The notes: generated from the sequence alone by a model not told the origin. Shown: positions 28,549 to 39,654, numbered from the stretch's first letter. The stretch is 60,525 nucleotides of DNA from Patescibacteria group bacterium (GCA_018822435.1 JAHJKD010000021.1:1-60525), one strand, 5' to 3'. Translations and numbers: made by a program.

Positions 28549-29698
28549 TATAAAAAGGCATTAATTTATTTGTAATTATGTAATCCCAGTTATGATCTTC
28601 TACGATCCTATCCCATGGTTTCAGTTTTAATGTATCAAAATTTTGAAGGGCATATTTCATAGCCCGAATAATATCTTTTTCCTCCACTTTTATCAACAAG
28701 TTTTTCATCTCATCATCAAACCAAGTAATAAACTCGGAAGCGCCGGGTGAGTTCGAAACAATTGTCGGCTTATTACATGACAGGCATTCGATTGTTTTTA
28801 ACGGAGGTTGATTTTCAAAAGGATCGTAGGCCAGACAGATATCCGCACTATTTATATAATCTGGGATTTTTTCAAATGGGACAGCCTCATGGAATAATAT
28901 TTTTTTTAAATTGTTCTCCTGAACATATTTAATTAAATTTTCCCTGTCATCACCCTGGCCAATAAATATCAAGAAAGAGTCAGACTGCCCCTGATTGATG
29001 TCCTTAAAGGAATCAATTATAATTTTTAGATTTCTAGCCTTGCCGTGCGTCCCAATATAAAGGAATATTCTGCACTTACAATCAATATTATATTCTTTTT
29101 GGAGAAGATTTGACGGCTTAGCAAAAAACTTTTCCTGATTGACGCCAATAGGAAGAATTTTAATATTTTTTATTTTCTTAAAATTTTTCTGAATTAATTT
29201 CGGAAAAATCTCATCTTTTAATACTTCCGCAATAATACTGACCTGATCAGCAAATAAACTGGCCATCACGGTTTGCCACCGGCCAATAACATGCACCAGC
29301 CCCCGGCTTATTGGTCCGGTCTTAATGTCATAAAATGATTTAATAATCTTACTTGGAAAAAATATCTTTTGCCAAATTATTAATAAAGCAACGGCTGGTG
29401 AAGGCTGGATGTAATGAATAATTGTCTTTTTATTATCAGCTTTAGATTTGTTTTTAATAATCTTCCTGGCATCAATAAAAAACCTCCAGATACTTCCCAA
29501 TGAGATGCTATCATCTGCCCTAGTATGAAAAACTTTTACGTTTTCTTCTATTTGTCCCTGATCATCTTGTTGCTTTGCACAGATAACATTTATCTCTAAA
29601 TCGTCTTTTTTAGACAAAGCATCAACATAACCAAACATTTCTGTGGCTTTTACATCGGGGAAGTAAATTGGCTGGATAATTATTACTCTTTCTATCAT
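28529..29698 (-). CDS. GT-B fold (GT4-like) glycosyltransferase
   Basis: 389 aa. The C-terminal half resembles a GT4 donor-binding domain (FLYIGTHGKARN...IFIGQGDD...CNKPTIVSNSPGASEFI), but the E-x7-E motif is degenerate. Confidence 0.65.
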   Translation of the reverse strand: MIERVIIIQPIYFPDVKATEMFGYVDALSKKDDLEINVICAKQQDDQGQIEENVKVFHTRADDSISLGSIWRFFIDARKIIKNKSKADNKKTIIHYIQPSPAVALLIIWQKIFFPSKIIKSFYDIKTGPISRGLVHVIGRWQTVMASLFADQVSIIAEVLKDEIFPKLIQKNFKKIKNIKILPIGVNQEKFFAKPSNLLQKEYNIDCKCRIFLYIGTHGKARNLKIIIDSFKDINQGQSDSFLIFIGQGDDRENLIKYVQENNLKKILFHEAVPFEKIPDYINSADICLAYDPFENQPPLKTIECLSCNKPTIVSNSPGASEFITWFDDEMKNLLIKVEEKDIIRAMKYALQNFDTLKLKPWDRIVEDHNWDYIITNKLMPFYNDAFKQ

Positions 29699-29699
29699 A

Positions 29700-29727
29700 T
29701 TGATTTTTTAGATACAACAGATATAAT
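29700..29727 (+). promoter_or_regulatory. sigma70-like promoter candidate close to the ATG of the third sulfotransferase
   Basis: TTGATT (29700-29705), a 16-nt spacer, then TATAAT (29722-27). The ATG at 29739 is only 11 nt after the -10 box. Confidence 0.35.
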
Positions 29728-29738
29728 AATAGAAATAT

Positions 29739-30650
29739 ATGAATAATTCAAGCCCTATACTGATTACAGGCGGGCCGCGTTCCGGATCAACCTGGGCTGG
29801 TAAAATTATCAGCAAATCCCCTGAAGTCGGTTATATCCATGAACCGTTTAACTTAAAATGCCACCCGGGCATATGTAATTGCCCGATTGACAAGTGGTTT
29901 TTTTATGTTAATGAAATTAATGAACATGAATTTTCAGAATGTTTTAACAGGACCTTGCATTATGAATACAATACAAGAGCCCAATTAAGCCGTAGTTTGA
30001 CCGTAGGAGCCAAACAATGGCTAGATTGGCAATATTATCGAATAACCAATAAGAGACCTCTTATTAAAGATCCGATTGCTATATTTTCGACAGAATGGCT
30101 GGTAAAAAATTTCAACATGAAACCGGTTATATTAATTAGACATCCGGCGGCTTTTATTAGCAGCCGAAAAAAACTAAATTGGGCTTTTCCGGCAAAAGAT
30201 ATATTATCCCAACCAGAGTTGATGAAAAAATTAGGGCCATTTAAAGAAGAGATCGAGAAACAGGCTGTCCAGAAACACGACATAATCGACCAAGGCATAC
30301 TAACCTGGAACCTGATGTATTATTTTATCAACGAACTAAAAGAGAAGCATGATGAATGGCTATTTATCCGATATGAAGATCTGGCCAAAGATCCTTTGAA
30401 AAAATATGCCGAAATATTTACATATCTTGATTTGGATTTTTCTAAAAAAATTAAAAATTTTATTTTGGATACAACCAGGGGAAAAGAGGTGGAAGTGGCC
30501 GTTGAAGACAGGCATGCCATTAAATTAAATACGGCCAAGGCTTTGAATAACTGGAAAAAGAGATTGTCTGAACAAGAAATTGAAAAAATAAAAATAGGGA
30601 CTGATCCCTATTGGAAATATTTTTACAAAGAGTCTGATTGGACGGACTAA
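29739..30650 (+). CDS. sulfotransferase family protein (third, divergent type)
   Basis: 303 aa. P-loop-like GGPRSGSTW near the N-terminus and ILIRHPAAFISS as a 3'-PB-like block. Confidence 0.7.
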   Translation: MNNSSPILITGGPRSGSTWAGKIISKSPEVGYIHEPFNLKCHPGICNCPIDKWFFYVNEINEHEFSECFNRTLHYEYNTRAQLSRSLTVGAKQWLDWQYYRITNKRPLIKDPIAIFSTEWLVKNFNMKPVILIRHPAAFISSRKKLNWAFPAKDILSQPELMKKLGPFKEEIEKQAVQKHDIIDQGILTWNLMYYFINELKEKHDEWLFIRYEDLAKDPLKKYAEIFTYLDLDFSKKIKNFILDTTRGKEVEVAVEDRHAIKLNTAKALNNWKKRLSEQEIEKIKIGTDPYWKYFYKESDWTD

Positions 30651-31405
30651 AAACCGGTTAAGTAATTTTTAATCTTAATCGGCATCGCAGAAAGTAATAT
30701 TGATTTATATTTATTTTTCTCCTTAATATTATATTTTTTATAAATGTCCCTTTTTTCTTTTTCCAATTTTATGAATTCACGCCGGCTTTTAGGAGTGCTT
30801 ACACCGCCTATTTTGAAGGTTGCGAACGGCATTCCTAAGTATTGGAAAGAAATTTTATTTTTTACGGCTCGGGCCAGCCATTCGTAATCGGCGGCTACGG
30901 GATAGTCCGGATCAAAGACGCCAATTTTTTTAAAAACATCGCAATGAACAAAGAAGCTTTGCTGGGTTATGCCCGGTTGAAAATAATTTTCAGGGGATTT
31001 GTTTTCCTGCTTTATCAATTTTTTTTCACGGCTTGATTTTTCAATAATTATATCTCCATAATAAATTTCCGCATTATTATTTATATTCTCCTTTACTTTG
31101 CTCAATACTTGATCATTGCAGAACCTATCTCCACAATTAAGGAAAAATATATATTGGCCAGCCGCACGTTTGATTGCCCTGTTCATCGCATCGTAAATGC
31201 CATTATCTGCCTCACTAACCATGATATCGATATTGTCTTTATATCTTTTAATGATAGGGACAGTTGCATCAGTTGAATTTCCGTCAATAATAATAAACTC
31301 AAAATTATTATTATCCTGATTGATCAAACTTTTAATCGTGGAAGCGATCTCTTCCTCACCATTATAAACAACCGTAATAATGCTGAAAAATGGTTGGGTA
31401 GGCAT
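30647..31405 (-). CDS. GT2 glycosyltransferase
   Basis: 252 aa with FSIITVVYNGEEEI, IIIDGNSTD and an FFLNCGD (DxD-like) motif. Confidence 0.85.
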   Translation of the reverse strand: MPTQPFFSIITVVYNGEEEIASTIKSLINQDNNNFEFIIIDGNSTDATVPIIKRYKDNIDIMVSEADNGIYDAMNRAIKRAAGQYIFFLNCGDRFCNDQVLSKVKENINNNAEIYYGDIIIEKSSREKKLIKQENKSPENYFQPGITQQSFFVHCDVFKKIGVFDPDYPVAADYEWLARAVKNKISFQYLGMPFATFKIGGVSTPKSRREFIKLEKEKRDIYKKYNIKEKNKYKSILLSAMPIKIKNYLTGF

Positions 31406-32853
31406 TAATATTTGGCCATTAATAATATTACTATCGCAACGGCCAGTAGTAGCAGATTAAGGACAACAACTTTTTTCAAATAGATAAATATATTTTGATG
31501 GACTGACTTTAGGGACTTCACCAATGGCTGCCAATTAAATATAACCACGCGCGATACTAATTGAGCTAAAATAATCCCAACTATGCCCCAGCGTCCGAGG
31601 GTGAGGGCGACCAATACCAGGAAAATGATGGCCGATGCAATATAATGTTTATAATAAATTATTTTATTGGTGGTGTAATATAACTGGATTCTGGTGAAAT
31701 TATGCATGTCATAAAACCAGGCTACCATCATTAATGCCCAAATAGCAACAGGGACGAAGGCAACATTGGCTTTAATTAAAACTAAAAGCGGTTCAATAAA
31801 TATTCCGGTCAGACACGCGGCCAAACTGAAAATTAACAAGCCGATATTCGTTTGCCGATTAGTAAGAGCGGCAAGTTTTTCCAATTTTCCTTGAGCCCGT
31901 AATTTGGAAAAAACGGGAATATGACTAACATATGGAGCAAGAGCCAACTGATAAATAACTGTGATAAGGCGCAAAGAAAATAAATAGGCAGCCACATCCG
32001 GCGTGGCGCCGAATTGAGCAAAGATGATGCCACTGCCCTGGGATACGCCTCGATTTGATAAATCACTAAGACCGGAACGCCAGGCCGGAGCCCAAACTGA
32101 CCGAAATAATTTCTTATCAAGGGAAAAGGGCTTAAAGGCGCGGTATTTTTTATTCTCTAATTTTAATAAATAGAATCTCATTATAATCATGGCAATAATA
32201 CTGGCTAACTGTTGGATTATAATTAAATATAAAATACTTGGCATATAAAGTAAGATGCCAATGGATAATATTAGAGAAATTACCTGAGAAAAAAATAAAC
32301 AACGATTGACTAAAGCCACCTTATTCATGCCAATTAGGACGCTCTGATATTTTTTTCCAAAGAATATAAGAGTAAAGCCGCAAAAAAGAATAATCCAGGC
32401 TATCCATAAATCTGAACCTCCGCCCGCCAATGTAACTGTCCGATATACAAATATTGTCCCAAAAATGGCCAGGGATATGAAGACGATTCCGGTTAAGATC
32501 AAATATATGGATCCGATAGTCCCATATAACTTTTGCATCAAGGGCCAATTGGCCGTGCCATCGCCGTGCTTTTTAGGGTCATTGCCTTCAAAATGAGTAA
32601 TGTCCTTTGCTCCGGCCATGGTATAGGAAACCATGCGGGAGAAACTGGAGAAAAATCCAAAATCGAGAAGTTGAGTCAGAGCGGTAATGGAATAAAATAA
32701 ATACCAGACGGCTATTTCGTCGGCTTCAAATACGCGTAAAAGAAAAGGGGCTAAAATTAAAAATTTTGAAATACCCATGAGGCTCTGGGCCCATTGGGTG
32801 ATTGTGGGTGAACTCCAAATTAATTTAGCCCATTTCTTAACCATAGTTTTCAT
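31405..32853 (-). CDS. oligosaccharide flippase (Wzx/MOP superfamily)
   Basis: 482 aa with about 12 TM helices and an N-terminal region typical of polysaccharide-biosynthesis/flippase proteins. Confidence 0.65.
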   Translation of the reverse strand: MKTMVKKWAKLIWSSPTITQWAQSLMGISKFLILAPFLLRVFEADEIAVWYLFYSITALTQLLDFGFFSSFSRMVSYTMAGAKDITHFEGNDPKKHGDGTANWPLMQKLYGTIGSIYLILTGIVFISLAIFGTIFVYRTVTLAGGGSDLWIAWIILFCGFTLIFFGKKYQSVLIGMNKVALVNRCLFFSQVISLILSIGILLYMPSILYLIIIQQLASIIAMIIMRFYLLKLENKKYRAFKPFSLDKKLFRSVWAPAWRSGLSDLSNRGVSQGSGIIFAQFGATPDVAAYLFSLRLITVIYQLALAPYVSHIPVFSKLRAQGKLEKLAALTNRQTNIGLLIFSLAACLTGIFIEPLLVLIKANVAFVPVAIWALMMVAWFYDMHNFTRIQLYYTTNKIIYYKHYIASAIIFLVLVALTLGRWGIVGIILAQLVSRVVIFNWQPLVKSLKSVHQNIFIYLKKVVVLNLLLLAVAIVILLMAKY

Positions 32854-33763
32854 ATACTTTAGTCAATCCATCTCTAAGCTTTGTGGCTGCTTTCCAGCCT
32901 AAGTTATTTATTTTTGTTACATCTAATAATTTTCTCTCCGTGCCGTCCGGTTTAGAAGTGTTCCATTTAATATCGCCCGAATAACCAACAATTTTTTGAA
33001 TTAATTCGGCTAATTCTTTAATAGATAAATCTTCCCCTGTTCCAATATTGACATGAGTTTTTAAATCAGGATAATTAATATTCTTCATTAAAAATATACA
33101 GGCATTAGCTAAATCATCGCTATAGAGAAATTCACGCTTAGGTTTGCCTGTACCCCATACTTCAACAAAGAGTTTATTCTCTATTTTTGCTTCATGAAAT
33201 TTTCTGATCAAAGCCGGGATAACATGTGAAGTGCTTAAATCAAAATTATCATTTAGTCCATATAAATTAGTGGGCATCACAGAGATGTAATTAGTTCCAT
33301 ATTGAGAATTAAAAGCCGCACATGTTTTTAGTCCGGCAATTTTTGCAACTGCATAGGGCTCATTCGTGTGTTCTAGCTCACCAGTTAATAAATATTCCTC
33401 TTTAATCGGCTGCGGACAATTTTTCGGATAAATACAGCTTGATCCCAAGAATAAAAGTTTTTTAACTTTGTTATTATAACTGGAATTTATTATATTGCTT
33501 TGAATCTGTATATTATCATTTATAAAATCCGCTCTGAATTCATCATTAGCCTGAATTCCCCCAACTTTAGCAGCCGCCAAGAAAACATACTCAGGCTTTT
33601 CTTCTTTAAAAAAATCACTCGTTGCTTGTTGATTTCTTAAATCTAATTCATCAAAAGATTTACCGATCAAATTATTATAGCCTTCTTTTTCTAAACGACT
33701 CCAGATAGCTGATCCGACCAAGCCCCGGTGGCCGGCAATATATATTTTTGAATTTTTATCCAT
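32837..33763 (-). CDS. fcl: GDP-L-fucose synthase
   Basis: It has [23 protein letters not shown] (YxxxK) and a typical Fcl/WcaG C-terminus. I prefer the start [11 protein letters not shown] at 33763. The track start at 33862 would run 107 nt into gmd. Confidence 0.9.
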   Translation of the reverse strand: MDKNSKIYIAGHRGLVGSAIWSRLEKEGYNNLIGKSFDELDLRNQQATSDFFKEEKPEYVFLAAAKVGGIQANDEFRADFINDNIQIQSNIINSSYNNKVKKLLFLGSSCIYPKNCPQPIKEEYLLTGELEHTNEPYAVAKIAGLKTCAAFNSQYGTNYISVMPTNLYGLNDNFDLSTSHVIPALIRKFHEAKIENKLFVEVWGTGKPKREFLYSDDLANACIFLMKNINYPDLKTHVNIGTGEDLSIKELAELIQKIVGYSGDIKWNTSKPDGTERKLLDVTKINNLGWKAATKLRDGLTKVYENYG

Positions 33764-34793
33764 TGGTTTGCTTAAGATCAAATTCACACATTTCTCTAAC
33801 AAGATCATTAAAAGAAATCTTTGGTTTCCAGCCCAGTTCTTTTTTAGCCTTAGAAAAATCACCGATTAATTCTTCTACTTCAGCCGGTCGAAAATATTTT
33901 TCATCTATTTCAATTATTGTTTTACCTGTTTTCTTATCAATGCCTGATTCTTCCGTGCCCTTTCCCTGCCATTCGAGGTCAATATCAAAATGGGGAGCAG
34001 CAATTTCGCAGAATTCTCTTACGGAATGATTTTCTCCGGTCGCGATCACATAATCCCGGGGCTTGTCCTGTTGGAGCATGAGCCACATGGCTTCGACGTA
34101 ATCTTGGGCATGGCCCCAGTCTCGCTTGGCTTCCAGATTACCTAACAATATTTTTTCATCAAGGCCGGCTTTTATCCGGGCCAAGCCCCTGGTTATTTTT
34201 CTGGTCACAAAAGTCTCGCCTCGTCGCGGAGATTCATGGTTGAACAAAATTCCGTTGGTAGTGAAAATATCAAATGATTCTCTGTAATTAACAGTAATCC
34301 AATAAGCAAAAACTTTAGCGCACCCATACGGGCTGCGGGGGTAAAAAGGAGTTTTTTCTGTTTGAGGAGCTTCTTGTGCTTTGCCAAACATCTCCGATGA
34401 GGAGGCCTGATAATATCGGACCGGCTTCTTCTTATTTAGCTCTTTAATTGCATCTAATAATTTAACGGCTCCGATAGCATCAACATCAGTTGTATATTCA
34501 GGCAGTTCAAAGCTCACTTTTACATGTGATTGGGCACCTAAATTATAAACTTCATCTGGTTCAACTTCAAATATAATATTTCTTAAGCTAGAAGAATCGG
34601 TTAGATCCCCGTAGTGCAGGAACAAATTTACCCCATTAATGTTTGGATCATTATGCAGATGATCAATTCGACCGGTATTAAACGTACTGGCCCGGCGGAT
34701 AATGCCATGGACTTCATATCCTTTATCCAATAAAAGTTCCGCCAGATAAGAACCATCCTGACCGGTAATTCCAGTAATTAAAGCCTTTTTCAT
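33756..34793 (-). CDS. gmd: GDP-mannose 4,6-dehydratase
   Basis: 345 aa with [31 protein letters not shown] and [17 protein letters not shown]. Confidence 0.95.
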   Translation of the reverse strand: MKKALITGITGQDGSYLAELLLDKGYEVHGIIRRASTFNTGRIDHLHNDPNINGVNLFLHYGDLTDSSSLRNIIFEVEPDEVYNLGAQSHVKVSFELPEYTTDVDAIGAVKLLDAIKELNKKKPVRYYQASSSEMFGKAQEAPQTEKTPFYPRSPYGCAKVFAYWITVNYRESFDIFTTNGILFNHESPRRGETFVTRKITRGLARIKAGLDEKILLGNLEAKRDWGHAQDYVEAMWLMLQQDKPRDYVIATGENHSVREFCEIAAPHFDIDLEWQGKGTEESGIDKKTGKTIIEIDEKYFRPAEVEELIGDFSKAKKELGWKPKISFNDLVREMCEFDLKQTNG

Positions 34794-35743
34794 ATTTTGT
34801 AATATTCTTTATACCAGGAGATAAATTTATTTATGCCTGATTGAATATCTGTTTTTGGATCATAGCCAAGTAACTTTTTGGCTTTATCTATATTAGCGTA
34901 TGTTTCTAAAACATCCCCTGGCTGCATGGGCAGCATTTCTTTTTTAGCCTCTTGTCCTAATTCTTTTTCTATGGTCTGAATAAAATCTAATAAAGCGACT
35001 GGCTTATTATTTCCCAAATTAATAATTTCATATGGGAAGGGATTGTCTATGCATTTAATAACACCGGCAACGATGTCGTCGATATAAGTAAAGTCTCTTC
35101 TTAAGTCTCCGTTGTTGAAAACTTTGATTGTCTTGCCAGAGAGAATGTCTTTAGTGAATGAGAAATAGGCCATATCAGGCCGGCCCATAGGACCGTAAAC
35201 CGTAAAAAAGCGCAATCCGGTCATATTAATGCCATACAAGTGGTGATAAGTATAGGCCATAAGTTCGTTCGCCTTTTTTGTAGCCGCATAGAGAGAAATC
35301 GGGTTATCAACATTATCTGTCTCAGAAAAAGGAATCTTTTTATTCATACCGTAAACAGATGAAGAAGAGGCATACACAACATCTTTTACTTCAAAATGGC
35401 GGGCCGCTTCAAATATGTTTAATGTTCCGGCTAGATTTGATTTTTCATAAGCATGCGGATTTTCCAATGAGTAACGAACTCCGGCTTGGGCTCCTAAATG
35501 GCAGATCTTATCAATTCTTTCGTTCTTAAAAATCTCTTCTAATTCATCATAATTAGAAAAATCTGTACGGTATATTTTATAATTAGTATTTTTCTCTAAA
35601 AGCTTAATCCGGTCTTCTTTAAGACTGGGATCATAATAATCGTTAAAATTATCTAGGCCCGCCACATTATCTCCCCTTTCGAGCAAAACCTTGGAAATAT
35701 AAAAACCAATAAAACCAGCGCCCCCAGTTACTAAAACATTCAT
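34790..35743 (-). CDS. NAD-dependent epimerase, UDP-glucuronate 4-epimerase-like SDR
   Basis: 317 aa with [30 protein letters not shown] and [10 protein letters not shown], resembling the CapI/WbnF-type epimerases. Confidence 0.75.
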   Translation of the reverse strand: MNVLVTGGAGFIGFYISKVLLERGDNVAGLDNFNDYYDPSLKEDRIKLLEKNTNYKIYRTDFSNYDELEEIFKNERIDKICHLGAQAGVRYSLENPHAYEKSNLAGTLNIFEAARHFEVKDVVYASSSSVYGMNKKIPFSETDNVDNPISLYAATKKANELMAYTYHHLYGINMTGLRFFTVYGPMGRPDMAYFSFTKDILSGKTIKVFNNGDLRRDFTYIDDIVAGVIKCIDNPFPYEIINLGNNKPVALLDFIQTIEKELGQEAKKEMLPMQPGDVLETYANIDKAKKLLGYDPKTDIQSGINKFISWYKEYYKI

Positions 35744-36033
35744 GTATTTTTTTTATTAAAGATTTTTTTTCCGTAAAAGGCAATAAGTCCGCCTAGAACT
35801 GCCAATATTAACAGAATTTCTAGAAAAATATTAAGAGTTGTAAGTTTAAAACCAATTAAATTCATTAGGAAAATTGCCACCGGAACTATCGCCATGGAAA
35901 GGCCTATGCTGATGAGAATTCTCTCCAACCAGATCCAATTACTCTTGAAAAAAAGAAAGCTTAAAAGAAAGCCAGGTAAGAATAATAAGTATATTAACCC
36001 GAAGACAATTCTAAGTAAATCAAGAAAATCCAT
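35740..36033 (-). CDS. hypothetical small membrane protein
   Basis: 97 aa with three TM helices. It overlaps the start of the downstream epimerase gene by 4 nt. Confidence 0.45.
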   Translation of the reverse strand: MDFLDLLRIVFGLIYLLFLPGFLLSFLFFKSNWIWLERILISIGLSMAIVPVAIFLMNLIGFKLTTLNIFLEILLILAVLGGLIAFYGKKIFNKKNT

Positions 36034-36088
36034 TAAAATGATTGATTTTTTTTAATTAACTTGTATATTATAGTAAGACTAATAGCCA

Positions 36089-37627
36089 ATGTCAATGAAT
36101 GAATTTCTAAAAAAATACTTGCCACTCATCGCCCTTGGGGCCTTTATTATCATATTACTAACTTCTCATATAAGTATAATTCTTGAAGCGCCTTTTTCAT
36201 CTAATACAGATAGTATTATTTATTTTGAAAAGGCTAAGAACATCATTGCTGATCAAGGCATAAGTTTTGCCGGGAATTTTGAAGCTTATGACCTGACCCC
36301 ATCCCTCTTTTTATTGCTGGCCGGCTTAAGTGGCTTTAGTGTAAAGATTATTCCTTATATCGGAGTGCTACTTTTATTATTACAAGTAATATTTATTCCT
36401 ATATTTACTTTTTGGCTAGGGAAAATTATTCTAAAAAACTCCTGGGCCGCCTTGTTAGTGACTTTCCTTTTTATACTTCGAGCCGATCAATTGCTATTTG
36501 AGGGTTATGACCTGGCCTCCTTCTTTTTACTGCGCACTAGCAATTTTTCTTTCATTCTTTTTCTTCTGGCCGTGATTTTGGCATTTAAATTTTTTACGAG
36601 AATAAATACAAAGATATTTTATATTATACTTCTTACTACCCTGGCGATGTTTTCATTTCATCACCAATCCGGCCTGGTATTCTGGATCATTTTTTATTTA
36701 TTTTTTTGCTCATGTTTGTATTATTTGTATCGAAATAAAAAAATCCAAAAAAAATATTTTTTTATATCTCTGGGAGTATTTATCTTTCCATTTATTGCCG
36801 GGGTAATAGCAGATATAATTTTAGGAGGCAAAATTTTGGAAACACTTTCATTTTTAACGGACGGCTTAGTGGGCGGGTATTCGGAAAACATTGATCCATT
36901 CAGCCTAAATTATATTTCTTATCTAGGTATAGTAATTATTCCCTTGGCTATTTTAGGATTGATTTTCCTCATAAAAAAACGAAAGGATAATATGTTTACC
37001 ATATTTTTCTTAAGTGCTTATTTTTTAATTATTTTTCTAGGCATATATCAAACTCTTTTTGGCTTACAGATATTTGCAGAAAGATTTTTGTTGTTACTCT
37101 TTTTTCCCATGTGTTTATTGGCAGGTGTATTTTTTGTTTATATATTTAAGAAATCAAAATATTTTTTTGCCGGTATAGGTATTTTAATTATCATAATTGG
37201 CACGGTGAATTATTTTTCTATGATGAGCCAGATAAAATTTAATATGCCTTGGCCGTATTTTAAAGCAACTGCCTGGGCCGCGGGGAATTTTGACCAGGAT
37301 TACAAATTTATGACTGATGTCAATACACTTATCCAATTTCGGGCCCTAACATTCAATGAGCCAGCGTTTTCATTCAGACGAACAAGGGATCTTAATAAAC
37401 AAAACAAACAAGAACCCGTAAAAGTGATTATTAAATCAGAAGACGCACAGACAGCTTATGATTATATGATTGAAAATAATATTAAATATTTTATTTTTGA
37501 CACAAGAATGGGGCCCAGATCTTCCCCTGGAGATTATAATAAATTTTCTGATGAATTATTATTCCAGGAAATATATAGAGAGGAATTAAAAGAGGGTCGA
37601 GAAATGATTATTTACGAAACTAAGTAA
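36089..37627 (+). CDS. polytopic membrane protein, GT-C-like
   Basis: 512 aa with more than 10 TM helices and a C-terminal soluble domain. It sits immediately upstream of a polyprenyl-phosphate GT2. The family assignment is tentative. Confidence 0.55.
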   Translation: MSMNEFLKKYLPLIALGAFIIILLTSHISIILEAPFSSNTDSIIYFEKAKNIIADQGISFAGNFEAYDLTPSLFLLLAGLSGFSVKIIPYIGVLLLLLQVIFIPIFTFWLGKIILKNSWAALLVTFLFILRADQLLFEGYDLASFFLLRTSNFSFILFLLAVILAFKFFTRINTKIFYIILLTTLAMFSFHHQSGLVFWIIFYLFFCSCLYYLYRNKKIQKKYFFISLGVFIFPFIAGVIADIILGGKILETLSFLTDGLVGGYSENIDPFSLNYISYLGIVIIPLAILGLIFLIKKRKDNMFTIFFLSAYFLIIFLGIYQTLFGLQIFAERFLLLLFFPMCLLAGVFFVYIFKKSKYFFAGIGILIIIIGTVNYFSMMSQIKFNMPWPYFKATAWAAGNFDQDYKFMTDVNTLIQFRALTFNEPAFSFRRTRDLNKQNKQEPVKVIIKSEDAQTAYDYMIENNIKYFIFDTRMGPRSSPGDYNKFSDELLFQEIYREELKEGREMIIYETK

Positions 37628-37629
37628 GA

Positions 37630-37658
37630 TTGACATAAATTAATATTTCTGGCAGAAT
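37630..37658 (+). promoter_or_regulatory. sigma70-like promoter candidate abutting the ATG at 37668
   Basis: TTGACA (37630-35), a 17-nt spacer, then CAGAAT (37653-58). The ATG lies 9 nt after the -10 box. Confidence 0.35.
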
Positions 37659-37667
37659 AATGTAGCT

Positions 37668-38591
37668 ATGAAATATTCAGTTGTAATACCAGTATACAAT
37701 GAAGAGGCAAATATAAAGGAACTTTTTGCCCGAATCAAGCCGACTATGGATAATCTCAATGAAGAATATGAGGTTATTTTTGTTAATGACGGCAGTACTG
37801 ATGGTACGCGGAAAATGCTTGAAGAATTATCCCCTATTACGGTTGTTAATTTCAGGAAAAATTTTGGCCAAACTGCCGCTTTAGATGCTGGTATTAAGCA
37901 AGCAACTGGAGAATTTGTAATAACCCTAGACGGAGATTTGCAAAATCCACCAGAGGAAATTCCTAAACTGATTCAAAAACAAAAAGAAGGCTATGATGTG
38001 GTTTCTGGATGGCGAAAAAACCGACAAGACACTTTTGACAAACATCTAATTTCCCGCGGAGCAAATTCTCTAAGGAAAATATTTATAAACGAAGGCATTC
38101 ATGATTCCGGCTGTACTTTAAAGATCTATCGCCGGGAATGTTTTGCTGATTTGAATTTATACGGAGAGATCCACAGATTTATCCCGGGAATTTTAAACTG
38201 GCAGGGTTATAAGATCGGCGAAGTAGAGGTTCAGCATGATCCGCGCAAGCACGGAGAAACTAAATACAAATCCAGCCGAATTTTAAAAGGCCTGGTCGAT
38301 ATGATCGGTGTCTGGTTCTGGCGCAAATATTCTTCCCGGCCATTGCACTTGTTCGGGGGCACAGGCATTATCTTTACTATGGCTGGTTGTATTATGTTAT
38401 TAGTCCTGGCTGTACTGCGCATAATGAAATTAATGTCTTTAGCTGAATCTATCTGGCCATTAATATCTATCTTGTTGATTCTGGTTGGTATTCAATTATT
38501 TGTTTCCGGATTACTTGCGGAAATCATGGTAAAGAATTATTACAACAACAATCGTACGCCTTATAACATCAAGAGCGTGATAAAAAAATAA
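37668..38591 (+). CDS. GT2 polyprenyl-phosphate glycosyltransferase (ArnC/GtrB-like, with C-terminal TM pair)
   Basis: 307 aa with YSVVIPVYNEEANI, FVNDGSTDGT and LDGDLQNPPEEI, plus two C-terminal TM helices. Confidence 0.85.
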   Translation: MKYSVVIPVYNEEANIKELFARIKPTMDNLNEEYEVIFVNDGSTDGTRKMLEELSPITVVNFRKNFGQTAALDAGIKQATGEFVITLDGDLQNPPEEIPKLIQKQKEGYDVVSGWRKNRQDTFDKHLISRGANSLRKIFINEGIHDSGCTLKIYRRECFADLNLYGEIHRFIPGILNWQGYKIGEVEVQHDPRKHGETKYKSSRILKGLVDMIGVWFWRKYSSRPLHLFGGTGIIFTMAGCIMLLVLAVLRIMKLMSLAESIWPLISILLILVGIQLFVSGLLAEIMVKNYYNNNRTPYNIKSVIKK

Positions 38592-38592
38592 C

Positions 38593-39654
38593 ATGAACAT
38601 TCTGGTGATCGCGCCGACGCCGTTTTTTGCGGACCGGGGCTGCCACATAAGAATATACGAAGAAGCGAAAGCAATGAAAAAGGCCGGCCACAACCCGGTC
38701 ATTTTTACGTATCACAACGGCCGTGATGTGGGCGACCTGGATATCAGAAGGATCATGGATGTGCCCTGGTATAAAAAGGAGTCAGCCGGTGCTTCCTGGC
38801 ATAAAATTTATTTGGACATATTACTGCTTGGTCGCGTACTCGCCGGAAGTTATGGGAAAAAATATGATTATATCCATGCTCATTTACATGAGGGCTGCTG
38901 GATTGCCTGGTGGATTAATTTATTCCACTTTGGCCGCCTGCCCATTATTTTTGATGCTCAGGGAAGCTTGGTTTCTGAAATGTGGGCGCATAATTTTATT
39001 AAGAGCAATTTTCTGAAAAATTTGTTTACTTTCATGGAAAATTTTATTAATGCTTTGCCCAATTTTATTGTGGCGTCATCCCCTGCTTTTAAAGCAAAAA
39101 GAGAAGTGATTGTTGTTGAAGACGGCGTTGATACAGATTTTTTTAAAGTAGATGTTAAAAAAGAAGCCAATACTTTAATTTATGCGGGCGGCCTGTCTGA
39201 TCATAAGGGCATTAATATGCTGCTGGATGCAATGAACAAATTGCCGGAATATAAGTTAAAAATAATCGGATATCCGGTCATGGAAAAATATAAAGCCAAG
39301 GCTGGTGATAATGTTGAATTTATTGGCAGGGTAGATTATTTTAAGATGCCGGAATATCTGGCGAGAGCACAAGTTGGAGTAGACCCCAAACCGACTGGCA
39401 CAGAAGAAGCGTCGGGAAAAATTATTAACTATATGGCCGCTGGCTTGCCCGTTGTTTGTTTTGATACGCCGAATAATAAGAACTTGCTCGGTGAAAATGG
39501 TTTTTATGCCAAAGAAAATGATGTTGATGATTTTGCCAGACAGATCAAACTAGCAATGGAAGCGGATTATAATGGAGAGGCCGAAAAGAAAATAATTCAT
39601 GATAAATTTAACTGGGACAAGAATATATGGAAAATCCTAAAGTTGGTGTCGTAA
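38593..39654 (+). CDS. GT4 glycosyltransferase
   Basis: 353 aa, GT-B fold. The donor-site region reads GTEEASGKIINYMAAGLPVVCFDTPNN. Confidence 0.8.
   Translation: MNILVIAPTPFFADRGCHIRIYEEAKAMKKAGHNPVIFTYHNGRDVGDLDIRRIMDVPWYKKESAGASWHKIYLDILLLGRVLAGSYGKKYDYIHAHLHEGCWIAWWINLFHFGRLPIIFDAQGSLVSEMWAHNFIKSNFLKNLFTFMENFINALPNFIVASSPAFKAKREVIVVEDGVDTDFFKVDVKKEANTLIYAGGLSDHKGINMLLDAMNKLPEYKLKIIGYPVMEKYKAKAGDNVEFIGRVDYFKMPEYLARAQVGVDPKPTGTEEASGKIINYMAAGLPVVCFDTPNNKNLLGENGFYAKENDVDDFARQIKLAMEADYNGEAEKKIIHDKFNWDKNIWKILKLVS

Noticed and set aside
33764-33862. Long N-terminal extensions of track ORFs (fcl to 33862, GT-C to 43526, PfkB kinase to 17353, GT2 from 43507)
   Set aside because: The extensions run deep into the upstream gene or into intergenic repeats. 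They precede canonical N-termini: [34 protein letters not shown] and MDENIKISIIIP.
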